DNA of 63,496 nt, filler included, from Licmophora abbreviata (Eukaryota), in assembly GCA_900291995.1 (NCBI GenBank). It is 11 parts of 11 records of this genome, joined end to end, with 100 filler letters (N's around TTAATTAATTAA, not from the genome) between each part and the next. Parts side by side here need not be neighbours in the genome. Positions count along the whole stretch, not along the records: positions 1 to 26,081 come from OLMU01005338.1; 10 more parts are not named here. One strand, given 5' to 3'. The notes below the pieces were generated by a model. That model was not told the DNA's origin, did no database searches, and saw only the letters and a program-made list of their open reading frames with translations. This document shows positions 9,956 to 22,670 of the stretch, one piece after another. The position numbers and the translations under genes are program-made. Each line of letters starts with the position of its first letter. The stretch's first letter is position 1.

Positions 9956-12066
9956 TCAGGTGTCCAAGATGGAAGGGGTTGTCACCTTTCCGTACGACGC
10001 TTTTTTCTGGAGCATGTGCTGTTCGAGCTGGGCGAACTTTTTGTGGACGTAGTCGTTGTGTTCTTCAACAGCCCGCAGCGCAGCCTCGATCTCTTCTTGA
10101 ACTGCCTTCTTCTGCGTAATATTTTCCTCCTCGTGCTTCATTCGGAGGGCTTCAAGCTGAGTACATTGTCGCTGGTAGCGTGTGATCTGCTCCTCGATAG
10201 CCACCGGGTCTCGTAGGGAAGCCACCTTCTCTCCAAGAGCTGACACTTCTCGGAGTCGGACTGCGAGTGCTGCGTCTTGCTGCTCCTTCTCGCGATGTGT
10301 GGTCTCATCGCATCGTTCCTTCTTGTCTTCCACGATCTGTGGAGAAAAATCAACACACGACAGCAGTGAGCAAGGGTGCGACGCATACGGCGATATTTGA
10401 AACGGGGCGACGGCGGCGTACCTTGAGCCTGTCCTGGGCTTCTGTGAAGGCTTCTTGACTAGTTTCCATCGCTGACAACTCTTCCTGCAGTTCACGTCGG
10501 CTATTGCCTATCTCTCTCTCAGCATCCGACTTGGTCTGCGAGAGATACGGTCGTACATCGGCGAATAGATCAACGCCGAGAAGGAGACTCTGGTCTGCCG
10601 CATCCGCGTGTTGCTTGATTACTTTCATCTTGAAGCTCGACAGTTTGGCAGCGTCCGGTAGAACGCGCTCCAGCGCGGTGATATTGCCATTGTAGATCTC
10701 GACTGCAGCCTCAAGCTCCTCGAATAGCTTCGTGAGCTCCACATCCGACTCCCAAAGGGCATCCTTCTGCTGCTGCCGTGTTGCGATGGATCGATCGAGA
10801 GCCTCCTTCACACGAAGCTGCTCGCTTTGCATCTTGCGAACGTCCTCTACCGACAAGTCTTGATTGTGCACCTTTTCCTTCAACGAGGATATCTCATCCG
10901 CCATGACTGCAAGCTTGAGAGTCGTGTTGTCTAAGTCGGCCGAGCGCTCCTTGACCTTTTGTTCCAAGGCAGTCTTGTGCTCCTCCATTTGTCGGACCAG
11001 GTCATGGAACTGCTCGAGATCGGTCGTGTAATCCTCACGCTTTTTGGCGAGAGCCGGCAGCCTGGACAGTGGATATTACGCACAAATTAGCACAGGACAA
11101 GAGTTAAGATGACATTAGGATTGGCCAGACAGACGATGACTAACCAGTCAAAAAGAGACGACACACTTACGATTGCGAGTGCTGCGTGAGCTGATTCATC
11201 TTGTCGTCAATGGCCGTGTTCAACTCGCTGATGCGTTCGATTTCCCGCTCAATGATGCCGTTATCTTGCTCGAACGCTTCGACGAGACCGTCCTGGAGCT
11301 GGTCCGTCATCGCTTGGTCGCCACGAAGGAATGCGGTATACGCGCCACCAAGAAATTGAAAGAACATTTTTTCGGACTTTCGATCGAGTTCCTCCGTGGA
11401 TTGAAACTGCGTCTTGGAGGCATCAGTCTGCTCTGTCGCCTTGAGATCAACTTCCATGCACTTGAGGTGTTCCATGAGCCACGTGAGAGCGGCCAGTAGA
11501 GCAGGCCAAGTATGCGGTGACCCGGCGGCGACGAGCGCCGTCTTGGAGATCGGGTAGGGGTATCCCATGGCCTTGAAGTTCATCGCGACTTCGTCCTCAA
11601 ACTTCATGGTTCCATCCTGAAATGTGGGATCGAGCTTGCGCAGCATGAATCCGACGATGTTGGAGAAATCCTTGGCCGATGGCCTGGCGAGACTCTTGGG
11701 CGAGACGGGATATTCGTATCCGGTCTTGGCAAGGAATTGGAGAAGTTGCTTGATGCACTGGTTCTGATAGCTCTTGTCAGTGATGGGGCGAGGGTCGGTC
11801 TTGACCGAAGGCACAGCGTTGGGTGGGGGGACAAAGGAGTGGCGACGACGGTCACCGCCGACACTGCGACGGCGATTGGAGGTCGAGGATACGGAGACCG
11901 CCGGACTGGGAGGAGGAATGGAGCTCTCGCGATTCACACGAGGCAGCATCGACGCGCGCCCCTTCGGTGGCTTTTTGGCGTTGCGACTGGGCGTGGCACC
12001 TCCCCCGAGAGACGTGCGACGATTGACATTGACGGGGCCGAGCGTGGTTCTTCGAGACGCAGGCAT
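9956..12066 (-). CDS. NDC80: Kinetochore protein NDC80/HEC1
   Basis: Basic tail, KTDPRPITDKSYQ, PSAKDF, GYPYPISKTAL.AAGSPHTWPALLAALTWL, long coiled coil. Introns about 11063-11170 and 10338-10421. Confidence 0.93.
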
Positions 12067-12621
12067 GACACCGGTATGATACCTGGTAGGCCTACGAGCA
12101 CGGTAGGTACAGTGTCACTGAGTACTGACGTAGTTCCGACTTCAGTGCGTGCACAAGAGAAACGGGTAACACCTCGATTCTGACAGATTCCAGCTCAATC
12201 AAAGGACACAATGAGACTCTCCGAATCACAGAAAGACCTCAGCAATACCAGCGACAAGTTATACTGCTTCACACGTCGATACGATCGCGCTACTGGTACT
12301 ATCGTATGGTACTACTCGTAGTAGACTAGACGATGTTCAAATTGGTCTGCGCTGCCTCTTGTGAGCTGAGATTTAAATTGTTGCCATGCGAACTCCGAAA
12401 TGTCATGACGTTATCTACTTTTCAAACGGGCTTATCCGGGTTACGTGAGTGCCGCGTCGGTGCGGGGAGACGGCCAGACTTTCCCGTCTGGACGACGAAA
12501 GTTGAAAGTTGGATTGCAACTTCCGATCTTCCGATCTTTCATCCTTGATGTTTCATGTTTCCATGATATTTCGACTTTCACTGTAGTGGACGTTGCATTG
12601 CGCTGTTTCCATACAGAGAAA

Positions 12622-15271
12622 ATGGCATCCAGATGTACCACCGGGCAAGATGACTCACTCTCCCCCTCGTCCAAAAGGGCCAAGATGTCAGCCAATCTGT
12701 ACAGTGCTAGAGATACCGGTATCGCGATTGAGCCGGAAGAATTGCCTTCTGGACTTCGCGCGTGTCTCGCGTTGATCGAGACTTCCAGCGAACAGCCACT
12801 GCCGAACGTTCCGGGCAGTCTAACAACCTTCCAGACACAAAACAATCTCGGAAAATTGAAACAAGTCTTCGATGGGCATGGATTCCGAACGTCGGTTGTC
12901 ATGTCACCTCGCCTGGCGCTCTCAATCTACAAGGATTCTTGCAACCTCGATTCTGTGCCGAACGCGGAGGCCGACGCTCAGGTTGACGGAAAATCATTCC
13001 TTCTCATCGTCCTTGGATTGCATCCTCATCAAGATGAAATGGAAAAATGGTACGAGACGTGTGTCAAGAAGATATACTGTCTCTTACTATTCTGTAATCT
13101 GGTGCGAAAGCTCTGTCCGAGAGCTGCGTCGGAGGCGCTTGAAGACGCCATGCTGCGCGAGAGTGAGAACCTCAGCAGATCGATACTAACATTTAAGGGG
13201 AGGGTGGTCGATGAAGCTCGTCGGATTGCCTCGCTTGTACCCGATCGTGTAGCAAAACTTGCTTTAGTGGCTGTCGAGGCGGATCGACGCCTCCGTGTAG
13301 CCCAGTTTGAGCATGAGTTCAGGCGAATCATGTACCAAAACTCTTCCCTGTCCAACGCCATGCTCCAATTGTTTCTCGACGCCCATGATTGTTGCATCAA
13401 GGATGTATACTTTAAGCGCAGTCATGTCGAAAAGTATGAACGAATAACTGTATTTCTCTACGATCCCGAGGTTGACATGGCTCGCCCCTCGCGCTTCACG
13501 TTCTTGCCAGCAGCACGCTCAATGCTACGCGAAGGACCAGAATGCGTCGTCGGGTTGATGATCCAGTCCTTCTGGCGCTCAATGTTACGTCTTGGGTACC
13601 ACGCATCGTTGGTCGTCAAGGAGAAGCTTACCCCCGGACTCGAAAGGTATCTTCTTTCTGGTATTGCGCATGATCTTAAGGTTCCACTACTCTTGTAAGT
13701 GGACGAGTCGCGTCGATTTGACGCCGTATCTTTTCTATTTCTCGCGCCCTTTGCTAATGGCTCACACTCCTTCCCAACGTTGTAGAAACGCACATTTCGC
13801 ACCTACATACCCGTTATCATTCTACTTTGTTGGAAAGGCTGGATCCGGGAAATCGTCTCTCGTCAGAAACTTTTCGCCTGCTCTCAATACCGCCATTGAG
13901 GAGTACGCTGACCCAGCAATTCTGGTGCGATTCGTCAAGCAGAATCTGAATAAGCCATTGGAACAGCTGCACTTAGAACTTGAACTTCGTCCTAACAACA
14001 ACGATCTCAGTGTCATGAGCATCATTCAAGGGAGACGAATGACAATGGGCCAGAGCAAACCAGGCTTGGTCGTCGTCGACCTCGAAGAGATGGCAAGTAA
14101 CGAGCCCGACGCTGATCCGAACCAACTCGCGATAGCTAAACTGATTAGTCAGCGTTTCTCAGGGCGGAATGGAGACTATCAGGCTGGCGTTGTAGCGCCT
14201 CCTAGGAACTCTGCGAAGCGAGGTACGAACCTGTCGTAGGACGACGAGCCAAGTTGAAACGGTTGCTGCCGTGCTAACACATTCGTTTCTACCATGCCCT
14301 TTGCATATACCCTTAAAGGAATCAGTGGGGACGCTTCACTTATTGTTCTATTTACTTCTAACTACAGCTTGGATCTGACATGTGCAGATGCGCTCATGCG
14401 ACTGGACATGTTCTCTAATCTCAAGTCAGTGGAGATGCATGCTATCCACGGTAGCGACCGCCAAGCATTCGCGATCGCTTACCTGAACCAGTGTGTACAG
14501 GATCGATTCGACGATCTGGCGCCTCTCGTCCACTTGAGGCTTGACATTGCGCTTGGAGAAGGTGACACAAGGCCTCTAGTCCGTTTGCTTCGTATGTTGT
14601 CATTCTTCATTTGCCGTCTCGTGCAAAGTTCTGCTACCGTGGGCATGAAAGTTGAAGGCTCTGTCGAGCCCGACGAGAAAAGGTTCACAATCGTTTCCGT
14701 TTGTGGTCGCACGATCCGTTTGAGGTCGGACTCTCTTCAGAACTTGTATCCCGTTGTTCCACAGGAATGTGATCATCGAGTGCGGGAAGCCGTAACTGAA
14801 TTACGGGCGAGGATGGATGGAGCGTCCAAATCGGTTGACTTTGATGAGCTGTCTCAGATTCTTGACTTTTACTTTGCAAAGACGCTAGCGCCAACGGTGA
14901 TCTTGTCAAAAGACTCTAATATTTTACAGAAGATTGCGCAGTCCGTCGGAGCACGACCGGGGATCCATTCAATCGCAGCTGTTGATGTCAACAACTATAA
15001 ATTGATGAAGTCGCTGTACGACAAATGTGACACACCGAATTTAAGAGACGACATTTTGAAACTGGGCAAGGAAGCATTTGTTGTGGTCGAGCTTCATTGT
15101 CCAGATCGCGACTCGCAGCTCAAGATCCGGGAGCTAATTGAGGACAACCCTTCGATGACAGCGTGGTCAAGTAGCAGCTCGGCGTTGCTCAAGGGCGGGC
15201 TTTTGTTTTGCGTCCACGTCACCGGCGACATAACTCCCGAGGTTCTATCGCGTGCTTCGCTTGTCATTTGA
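12622..15271 (+). CDS. Uncharacterised P-loop/AAA+ ATPase with distant Lon-like ATPase module
   Basis: Three ORFs joined in frame by introns 13695-13785 and 14223-14318. Walker A GKAGSGKS, Walker B-like VVVDLEE, sensor-1-like VLFTSN. Confidence 0.6.
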
Positions 15272-15548
15272 TGGTGTCCGCCTTGCGCTACAGCGTCGTC
15301 GATGAGTGTGTCGCCGAGTAAATAGAACGTCGCTGCATGGCATGCGTGCATGCGCTGCTGTATGTTTCTTCTCGGCAGTCACGGTGTCGTACCAAGTAGT
15401 TCATTTTGCTGTGGCTACGAGTCGGTTAGAGGTACCCCTTTCGACAATAAGCTGATGTATTTTATTGTAGCTAAATACGATAGTCGATTATTGCTGCCCC
15501 CTTCGGAAACAATTACGGATAAAAGTGTGCTTTTCATTTGTGTATTGA

Positions 15549-18500
15549 TCAAGTGACGAGGAGTCCTATTCGATCCTCTTCAAAATCGTCCATCATTTGC
15601 ATGTTGTGCACGGCTTGGAAAGCGTCCGACCCGTCCGTACCAGCAAGCTCGTAGATTGATTCCGGACCAGCAGGGTGCTCTCTTGCAAAAGCTGTCAAAT
15701 CGTAAACCAAACCACCAATTGCAACCCAGCAATCGCTCGGGCTCCTGTGCTCGGCAAGCTCATCAAGCGTGACCTCACGATCATCGTTTGGGTCTTCCTT
15801 GACAATGTCTCTCTTGTAGACTCCGTTTTGGTCGACTGAAGGCCTTGAAGCGATAGGAATATTGTTTCCCACTATCGAGCCGAAGACAGTGCATTCCAGA
15901 AGAGAATTACCACCAAGGCGGTTGTTGCCGTGTACCCCTCCTGTAACTTCCCCAGCCGCGTGCAGCCCCGGCATGATCTTGCCTCTTTCGTCCAATACAT
16001 TGCCCGCGGTGTCGATCGTTATGCCACCCATGCAATAATGGAGAACAGGGATCACCTTTCCGGCGTAGAAAACTTCACTGTCCAAATCTTCCGAAGGCAC
16101 GCCACGAAAAGATGTCTTGCCCCACGAGTCGACGCCTTCTTGTGACGCTTGTCGATAATCTCGAAGAGAGGATCTTATCGTCTCTACGTCGACATCCATC
16201 CAATCGGCAAGCGCTGAGACACCAGACAGCTTTTTCATGAGATTTTTGTGAGTGTAAAGGTCGACGTGTTTCTTTCCGTCAAGCGCTGCCGACATGGAGA
16301 GCACCAATGAAAACGTCGGTATTTCGTTGTTAGAGTCCCAAGTTTTCGTTGCAGCATAATGCGCATCATGTGAAAGCATCGTGTCGGTAACGTATGCACG
16401 CGTCCCCAGCTCGTTGCAAAAGCTATAGCAGAACAAAACCATGCATGTGAGGATCCGATATCAGCCAGACGTGGTCACAACGAGAAAAAGGCGACCTTAA
16501 GCTCACCGTTTCCCTTCGTCATTCAGGAGAATGCCGCCGACACCTCGCATGAGCTCGGCCGCAAGAACTTTGGTCGGATTTGATGGGCAAGAAGGATCAA
16601 TCCATCCAGTAGGGTGTACCTGAACCTTATCCATGTCGACGGTACCGGCTCCAAGCGACTGCGCGAGAACGACGCCGTCCCCGGTCGAGAAGGCTCCGGC
16701 CGTTGCAGGCATGTTGAGAAGCTCCGGCCGATACTTCGCCAGCAGAGACCCATGGCTTCGGTCCGCCGCAAAGCCGCCTGTCGCTAGCACCACGTGCGCA
16801 GCCTGTTGCAGCTCCTTTCCATTGCCGGCATCGTATTCGACGCCAACGACTCTTCCTGTCTCGTCTCGAAGGAGTTGGTCAACGCGCGTGTCCACCATAA
16901 TCTTAACCTTTCCCGCTTTCTCATATGAGCGAACAGCCTTTTGTATCCCGTACATAATCTCAGCGCCAGCCATACCGTTACTAGGCCTATGGGTTCGTTT
17001 GTGTGAATGTCCACCGAGTTGCGCCAATAGCGAAAGATCGACACCTACACGGTCTTTCAGCCACATCACCGCCTTAGCGCTGTCGTTAACTAAGATGTCG
17101 ATGAGCTCTGGTTTCGCAGCTTCTCCCGCGGAGTTTATCGTGTCGTTCCGAAAGCTCTCGAGAGCGTCGAATGTGCGGTTGTCTGGGTTCCATGCGTTGA
17201 TGCCGGACGATGCCTTATTTGAGTTGCCGCCCATAAGGTGCTCTTTCTCCATGATAACAACATTCCCGCCTCGATCAAGAATGTTTAACGCAGCGGCAAG
17301 TCCAGCCAAACCGCTGCCAATGACTAGCGCATCCGGTTCGCCTCGTTTGAGACCCACGTCAATCGCTTGAGAAAAGGCAAGAAACTTCTCTGCGTCTCTT
17401 CCGTAATGCTTTGCGAGCACAAGAACGTCAGAATTTCGAGAGAGCGCTAAATGGATGAGCTCTGCCTCTCGAGGTTCGTCAATACGGCCTTCCCTAGCTA
17501 AAAAGGCGATCACGCCGATCGCGGTGTCGAGGAGATCAGTCGGCGATTCGGAAGCACCGAGTAAAACGGAATCTTTGACGGCGCCTCCGACGGAAGTGCC
17601 AGCTTCTCGATTCGCGTTCGAGTCCCAGTAAAGATGCGTCAATTCTCTTACCTCTCGGATTGACTCGGAAAACTTGGCAATTGTGTTCACAAAGGCTACG
17701 ATCTCATTTCGCTCGAGCGATGAAGCCAGACGATTCGGGCTCATAAATAGAATCTTCAGCGCAGTTCCGTATCCGAGCATTGCCATTTTCCCATGGAGCT
17801 TGCACTGCTGACACTGAACGCAGTCAAGAATCGATGAGCAGTTCTTGAAGACTCCCTTGAACGATCGTTTGAGCGAAACGATGTCTGATGTAGCCGACAC
17901 TTGCTCCTTGAACATTAGCGATTCGTCGAACGCCGAGAAGACGCTTTGACACGACTGGAGAATCGAGGAGTCAAGAAGTCTCTTCAAGAGAATAGCTGAT
18001 GTCTCGTCCTCCACAATGTCGCCAGTCCGAATTTCGTAATTGTGCAGCAAGGGTGAAGCTTTCTGCAGCGCTCGGAGTAGGACTACGTACGAGAAGTGAA
18101 GATTCCGGACATGCTCTGGGTTGTTCTCGAACTTTTCCATGAAATACTGAGGATTCGGTTCCCATCTGTCACGTCCCTTCCGCTTCGAGGGTGCATAATA
18201 ATTCTTGGCAATCGAAAGAGTTGTGGAAGTGTGGAGTCCGCTGAGAAGCCTGTACAGGACGCGTTCTTCATAACACATGTCCCCAGGAGCCCCATCAATA
18301 CAATTTTCTTCATAGATCGCATTCCAAATGTGTGTACCATTGTATCCAGTATTGCGCTCGGGGTTCAACGCGAGATTGACAACCTTTGTTGTTTCGCCGG
18401 CAGTGATGCTACTGCACATGTCAACCCAGAATGTATCAGGTAGAGTGTTCTCGTCACAACTAGCGTCGATGAAAGCACTTTCATCAGTCACGACAGGATC

Positions 18501-19271
18501 GGTCTTTTGTGACCAAGAGAAAGCATCTTTTTGAGCCTCAGACTCCCATCGTTGGAAGGGAAGCGACTGGAAGGCGGATGAGATAAGATCTTTGAGGGGC
18601 GTAGAGGACCCAAAGCCGTCATCTGTCAGAGAGCACAGCGGCGCAGCATCGCCATCATGATCTTGGTCCTCCCCATCACACTCATAGTTGCCTTTATCGC
18701 CAATTTGTTGCTCTGTCAGGTCAGACTTATCATCTAGTGAGGCGGTGAGTCCAGGCGCGGCGCCCAGTTGTCGTTGGAATGGAAAGTCTCCTTCCGTCCC
18801 GCCACTAACAGAACATGCAGGTTCCGCGTCGGGGTCCATGTCAGGCAGTCCGTTGCACGTTTTAGAATCGTCGGCATCCGTTGCGCTCTTCGGTTCGTCT
18901 TGAGATGTAGCAAAGGTGGTCTGTACTTTTTTTGATCCAGCTGTTTTGGACCAGGTCGAAATGGGGCAACGCTCGTCCAGGTCGACGACAAAGTGTCGGA
19001 AGAAAGCAGTCCGTACAAGCTCCTGGAGAATAGTGTGAAGCTGTGAGTCATTGGCTTGCTCTAGATCTTCCACGTTGCAAGAGAGATCATGGATCGGACC
19101 CTCTGGGACGAAGAGGGACGGCAATGAGGACGGAGGAGCTGCCAAGGCGAAACGTGCACGGGATAGGAGGCAGACGAGAATGCAAAGACCGAGAGGTAAT
19201 TTGTGATTTCTGCAATTTCGAGTCCATCGTTTCCGTCGCCGCCTTGCTATGAAATGTTGACCATCCATCAT
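15549..19271 (-). CDS. Ero1 / fumarate-reductase-type flavoprotein / cytochrome b5 fusion protein
   Basis: Ero1: NPERNTGY, IWNAIYEENC, YRLLSGLH, LDCVQCQQCKLHGK. Flavoprotein: GSGLAG, GGNSNKASSGINA, GGHSHKRTH, VQVHPTG, AELMRG, HYCMGG, GEVTGGVHGNNRLGGNSL. b5: CWVAI..VYDLT.F..HPAG...AGTD.S.AF..VH. One intron 16423-16506 inside the flavoprotein domain. Confidence 0.92.
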
Positions 19272-19493
19272 GAAAAACTCAGTGATGTGCACTTGTGAGT
19301 CCAGAAACACTCCAGAGACTCTAGGTCTTGTGAGAACTTGGCTGTTGTGAGACGAGACGAGATTATTTGTGTCCTTCTTCTACTTTCTCATCATCAAATT
19401 GAAACTCTTCCGAATTCCGCGATGACTTTTTTCTCTCTCTTCTTTGTCCACGCGTCAATTTTGCCATCATTTCGACTGACTGTGTGGGACTAG

Positions 19494-19515
19494 CTCGACT
19501 CGACTCGACTCGACT
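19494..19515. repeat. (CTCGA)n microsatellite in a divergent promoter
   Basis: ctcgactcgactcgactcgact. Confidence 0.75.
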
Positions 19516-19763
19516 AGTGACAAGAGTTTCAACGTCTGGCATTCCACCGAAAAATGAACGGCTGAGATGAGACGGCGATAGCGCGAGTGGCGCGAAAGAA
19601 GACGGCCAAAGTTCAAAGTTCGAGAGTTGAAAGTTGAGTCCGGTCGACATTTCGCATTGAAAAGGAAGCAAAGCACCAAGCACCGATAAAACACAATACC
19701 AACACAGTTGACTGTGAACCGAACGGGACGAAGAAACAAGAGCAAGAGAGAGAAACTTGAACA

Positions 19764-21962
19764 ATGGCTACGTCAGCGGAGGAAGCTATGGCTCGGGCGA
19801 AAGAGATAGCGGCTCGACTCTCCGGTTCGACTGCACCGCCGACTGCCGCTGAGCCACAGAGTGCCGGTAGCGGGAACGACGCGTCCTCCAGTTCGAGTAA
19901 ACGCAAGCGCTGGGGAATTACTCCCGATGCCGAGGGTGATGAGATCCTCCCAGGGCTCAGCGATGTCGCCAAGAAGCTGAAAGCAGGAGCGGAACCAATA
20001 CAGCGACGGGTGTGGGTCGAGACTTCACGCAAGCCAAATGCTCACTTTGTTGGCTTCATCAACGACGGTGACAAGCTGAACGCGATCCTCGAAAAGATAC
20101 CTGGAGGCGACAGTATTTCCATCCAGCTCAAGGGGCGAGGTACCAACCCCAATCCGATCCTCGGCATGCCCGAGGAGCCTTTGCATGTTCTGGTTGAGGG
20201 GTCTCCTGATCTTGTCACGAAAGCCGAAACTCTCATCGACAAACTAATCAGTGATGCGGAAGCTGCACCTCTACTGGAAGACGCCGCATCGATTGCTGAT
20301 AAAGCTGCCGATGCCCTTGCTGCTTCCATGGCCGGTGACACGGCGAATAATACTGCGAACTCAGTCGCTCCCGGATACAAACCAGCGCCAGTGGCTTCGC
20401 TTATCCACGGTAACCCCACTGGAGCTGGGATCTATGGCCCCGCTGGCGGAGAAATGCTCGAAGAGCAGATTGGGGTGCCAAACGGTGTCGTGGGGTATAT
20501 CATTGGTCGGGGAGGAGAAAACATTACCTCTATGCAAGGGCGAAGCGGATGTAAAATCCAAATCCAAAAAGAACATGAAATGCAGCCTGGGCAATCACAG
20601 CGAGTTATTACTTTGACGTCCTCCTCCAAGGAGGCTATTGACCAGTGCCGAGGGATGATAGAGGAAATGGTCTCGGAACGTATTCGAACAACTGGATCGT
20701 CTGTTTCTATGGCCAGTGCCATGGCCACACCAGCATTGGCCGGTTCAAACCATACGTCCAGACTGCAAGGCGCCGTCGCCTCGGGACACCAATTGATCAC
20801 TATGCAAGTACCTGATGGCGATGTTGGACTCATCATCGGCAGGGCCGGCGCCACAATCAAGAGCATTCAGGATAGAAGCGGTGCGAATATACAGATTCCC
20901 CAGGAGGCAGATTCCGACAACTCTTCAATTAGAACTGTCAGCATCACTCACCCTCACATGGAAGGGGCACACATGGCGAAACAGATCATTGAAGATATTC
21001 TGGCCAGCCAAGCCAATCGACCTGCACGAGTGCCCCATACGACGTTAGAACTTCCGGTGCGTATGTGCAGTATTTTCGTGGCTCGTTGGCGGTGTATGTT
21101 AGGTCATCACAACTCACACGTAGCGGCTGCGGTCGTTCTCTCCTAGATCCCTGATCAAGACGTGGGCTTGTGCATTGGTCGCGCAGGGTGTGTCATACGT
21201 GAGATGCAAAACAAGACTAGTACCAGGATCCAGATTCCCTCCATGTCGATGCCGGGATCGACGCACCGAATCGCTACAGTAACTGGTCCTGCCGAAGGCT
21301 GTAATCAGGTGAAGCAGATGATCGAACGTATCAGTCTTGAGCAGTCCTCTCAGAGCGTCATGGCAGGAACTGCTTACACGAATCAATCCGGTGGATATGG
21401 TGGCGCACAGCACGGCAGTGCATATGGCGGCGGGCAGTACTCGCAGCAGGCCTATGGGCAGCACGGGGGTGGTCAAAGAGACTATTCTGCGGAATGGGCT
21501 GCCTACTACGCTGCTCAGGGTGGCTCAAATGCGGTGACTGCCGCGGCGGCCAGTGCACCTGCTCCCGCCACGGCAATGGCGACGTCAGCTGGTACGCAGC
21601 AAGGTGCAGACGCTTACTATGAGCAATTCTTTCGGTACGCCTACTACTATGGCGATGAAGCGGCTCGAAAGTACTATGGTGCGTGGTCGCCCCCTGCAGG
21701 CACTCCCAATCCATACGGGACAAATCCTGCTGGGATTTCGGCTGCACCACCGGCAGCTGCATCGGCTGCGCCCGCTTCCGGCATGTCACAAGCTTCGAAT
21801 GGCTCTACTGTGCCACAGCAAGCCGCGGCTATCACTACACCAATCGCGTCGGCACCCGCAGTGGCATCCTTAGAACACGCGCCGGAGTCCGCTCGACCGC
21901 GGGATTCTGGGCGTCGAGGTGTGTCCAATTTGCCTGCTTGGATGACGAAGGGCCAGGGTTGA
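19764..21962 (+). CDS. FUBP/KHSRP-like KH-domain RNA-binding protein
   Basis: AMARAKEIAARL N-box; three GxxG KH domains (GYIIGRGG, GLIIGRAG, GLCIGRAG); DYSAEWAAYY motif. Intron 21057-21146. Confidence 0.85.
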
Positions 21963-22670
21963 CGGCCATTGCTCAGTACTAGTAGTTCGATACGGCACCG
22001 CTGACTAGATGTTGATGCTTCGCTAGGACACTGAAGGACGTTGTGCGCGTGCGTTTTGCTTTCGCTTCATTAAGCCTCGCATCGCCGTTCGCAGCAAAAG
22101 GCCATGGTCTCGTAAAAGAAAAGTATTTGTCTCATACTTGTGTATAGCGTCTAACTTTCTCTTGCAGCCCTGATCAAGAGGCATGGCGCCTCGTTTGCGA
22201 TACTAGTAGGACTCATTGTGACTTGCGCTCGCCTCCAAGAGATGAACGCATGTTTCTTTGCTCGTAGCGCATGTGGTCCACCATGTTGCATCAGTCGACG
22301 GATATTCTCGAATGTCAGTCGAGATTCAGTACGTGATCGAGAGAGTCGAGTCGTCTCTTTGTTCTCTGCTGTACTGGCAGTTGAAAGCAAGTGAAGCTAG
22401 AGTACCTACCTACTCACATTCCTAGCTATCTACTCACCTTTCCCCCCTGTTAGGTCTAGGCCTATCCCCCCGCCAACAAGCTATCGTACTTCGGCCGGTT
22501 TCTATTGACACTTTTATCGGCTACAAACTTCGACTCTAGGGCTAGGGGCGGCAGCGCGGTAGGCTTCTCCACGCTCAGCGAGCGTCTGCTGTTGTTATTG
22601 AAAAAATGTAGCAGGCCCTGATGCCCTGACAGCTTGTTTCCGTTTGCCATGATGTCTGAGTTCAAAGGGA

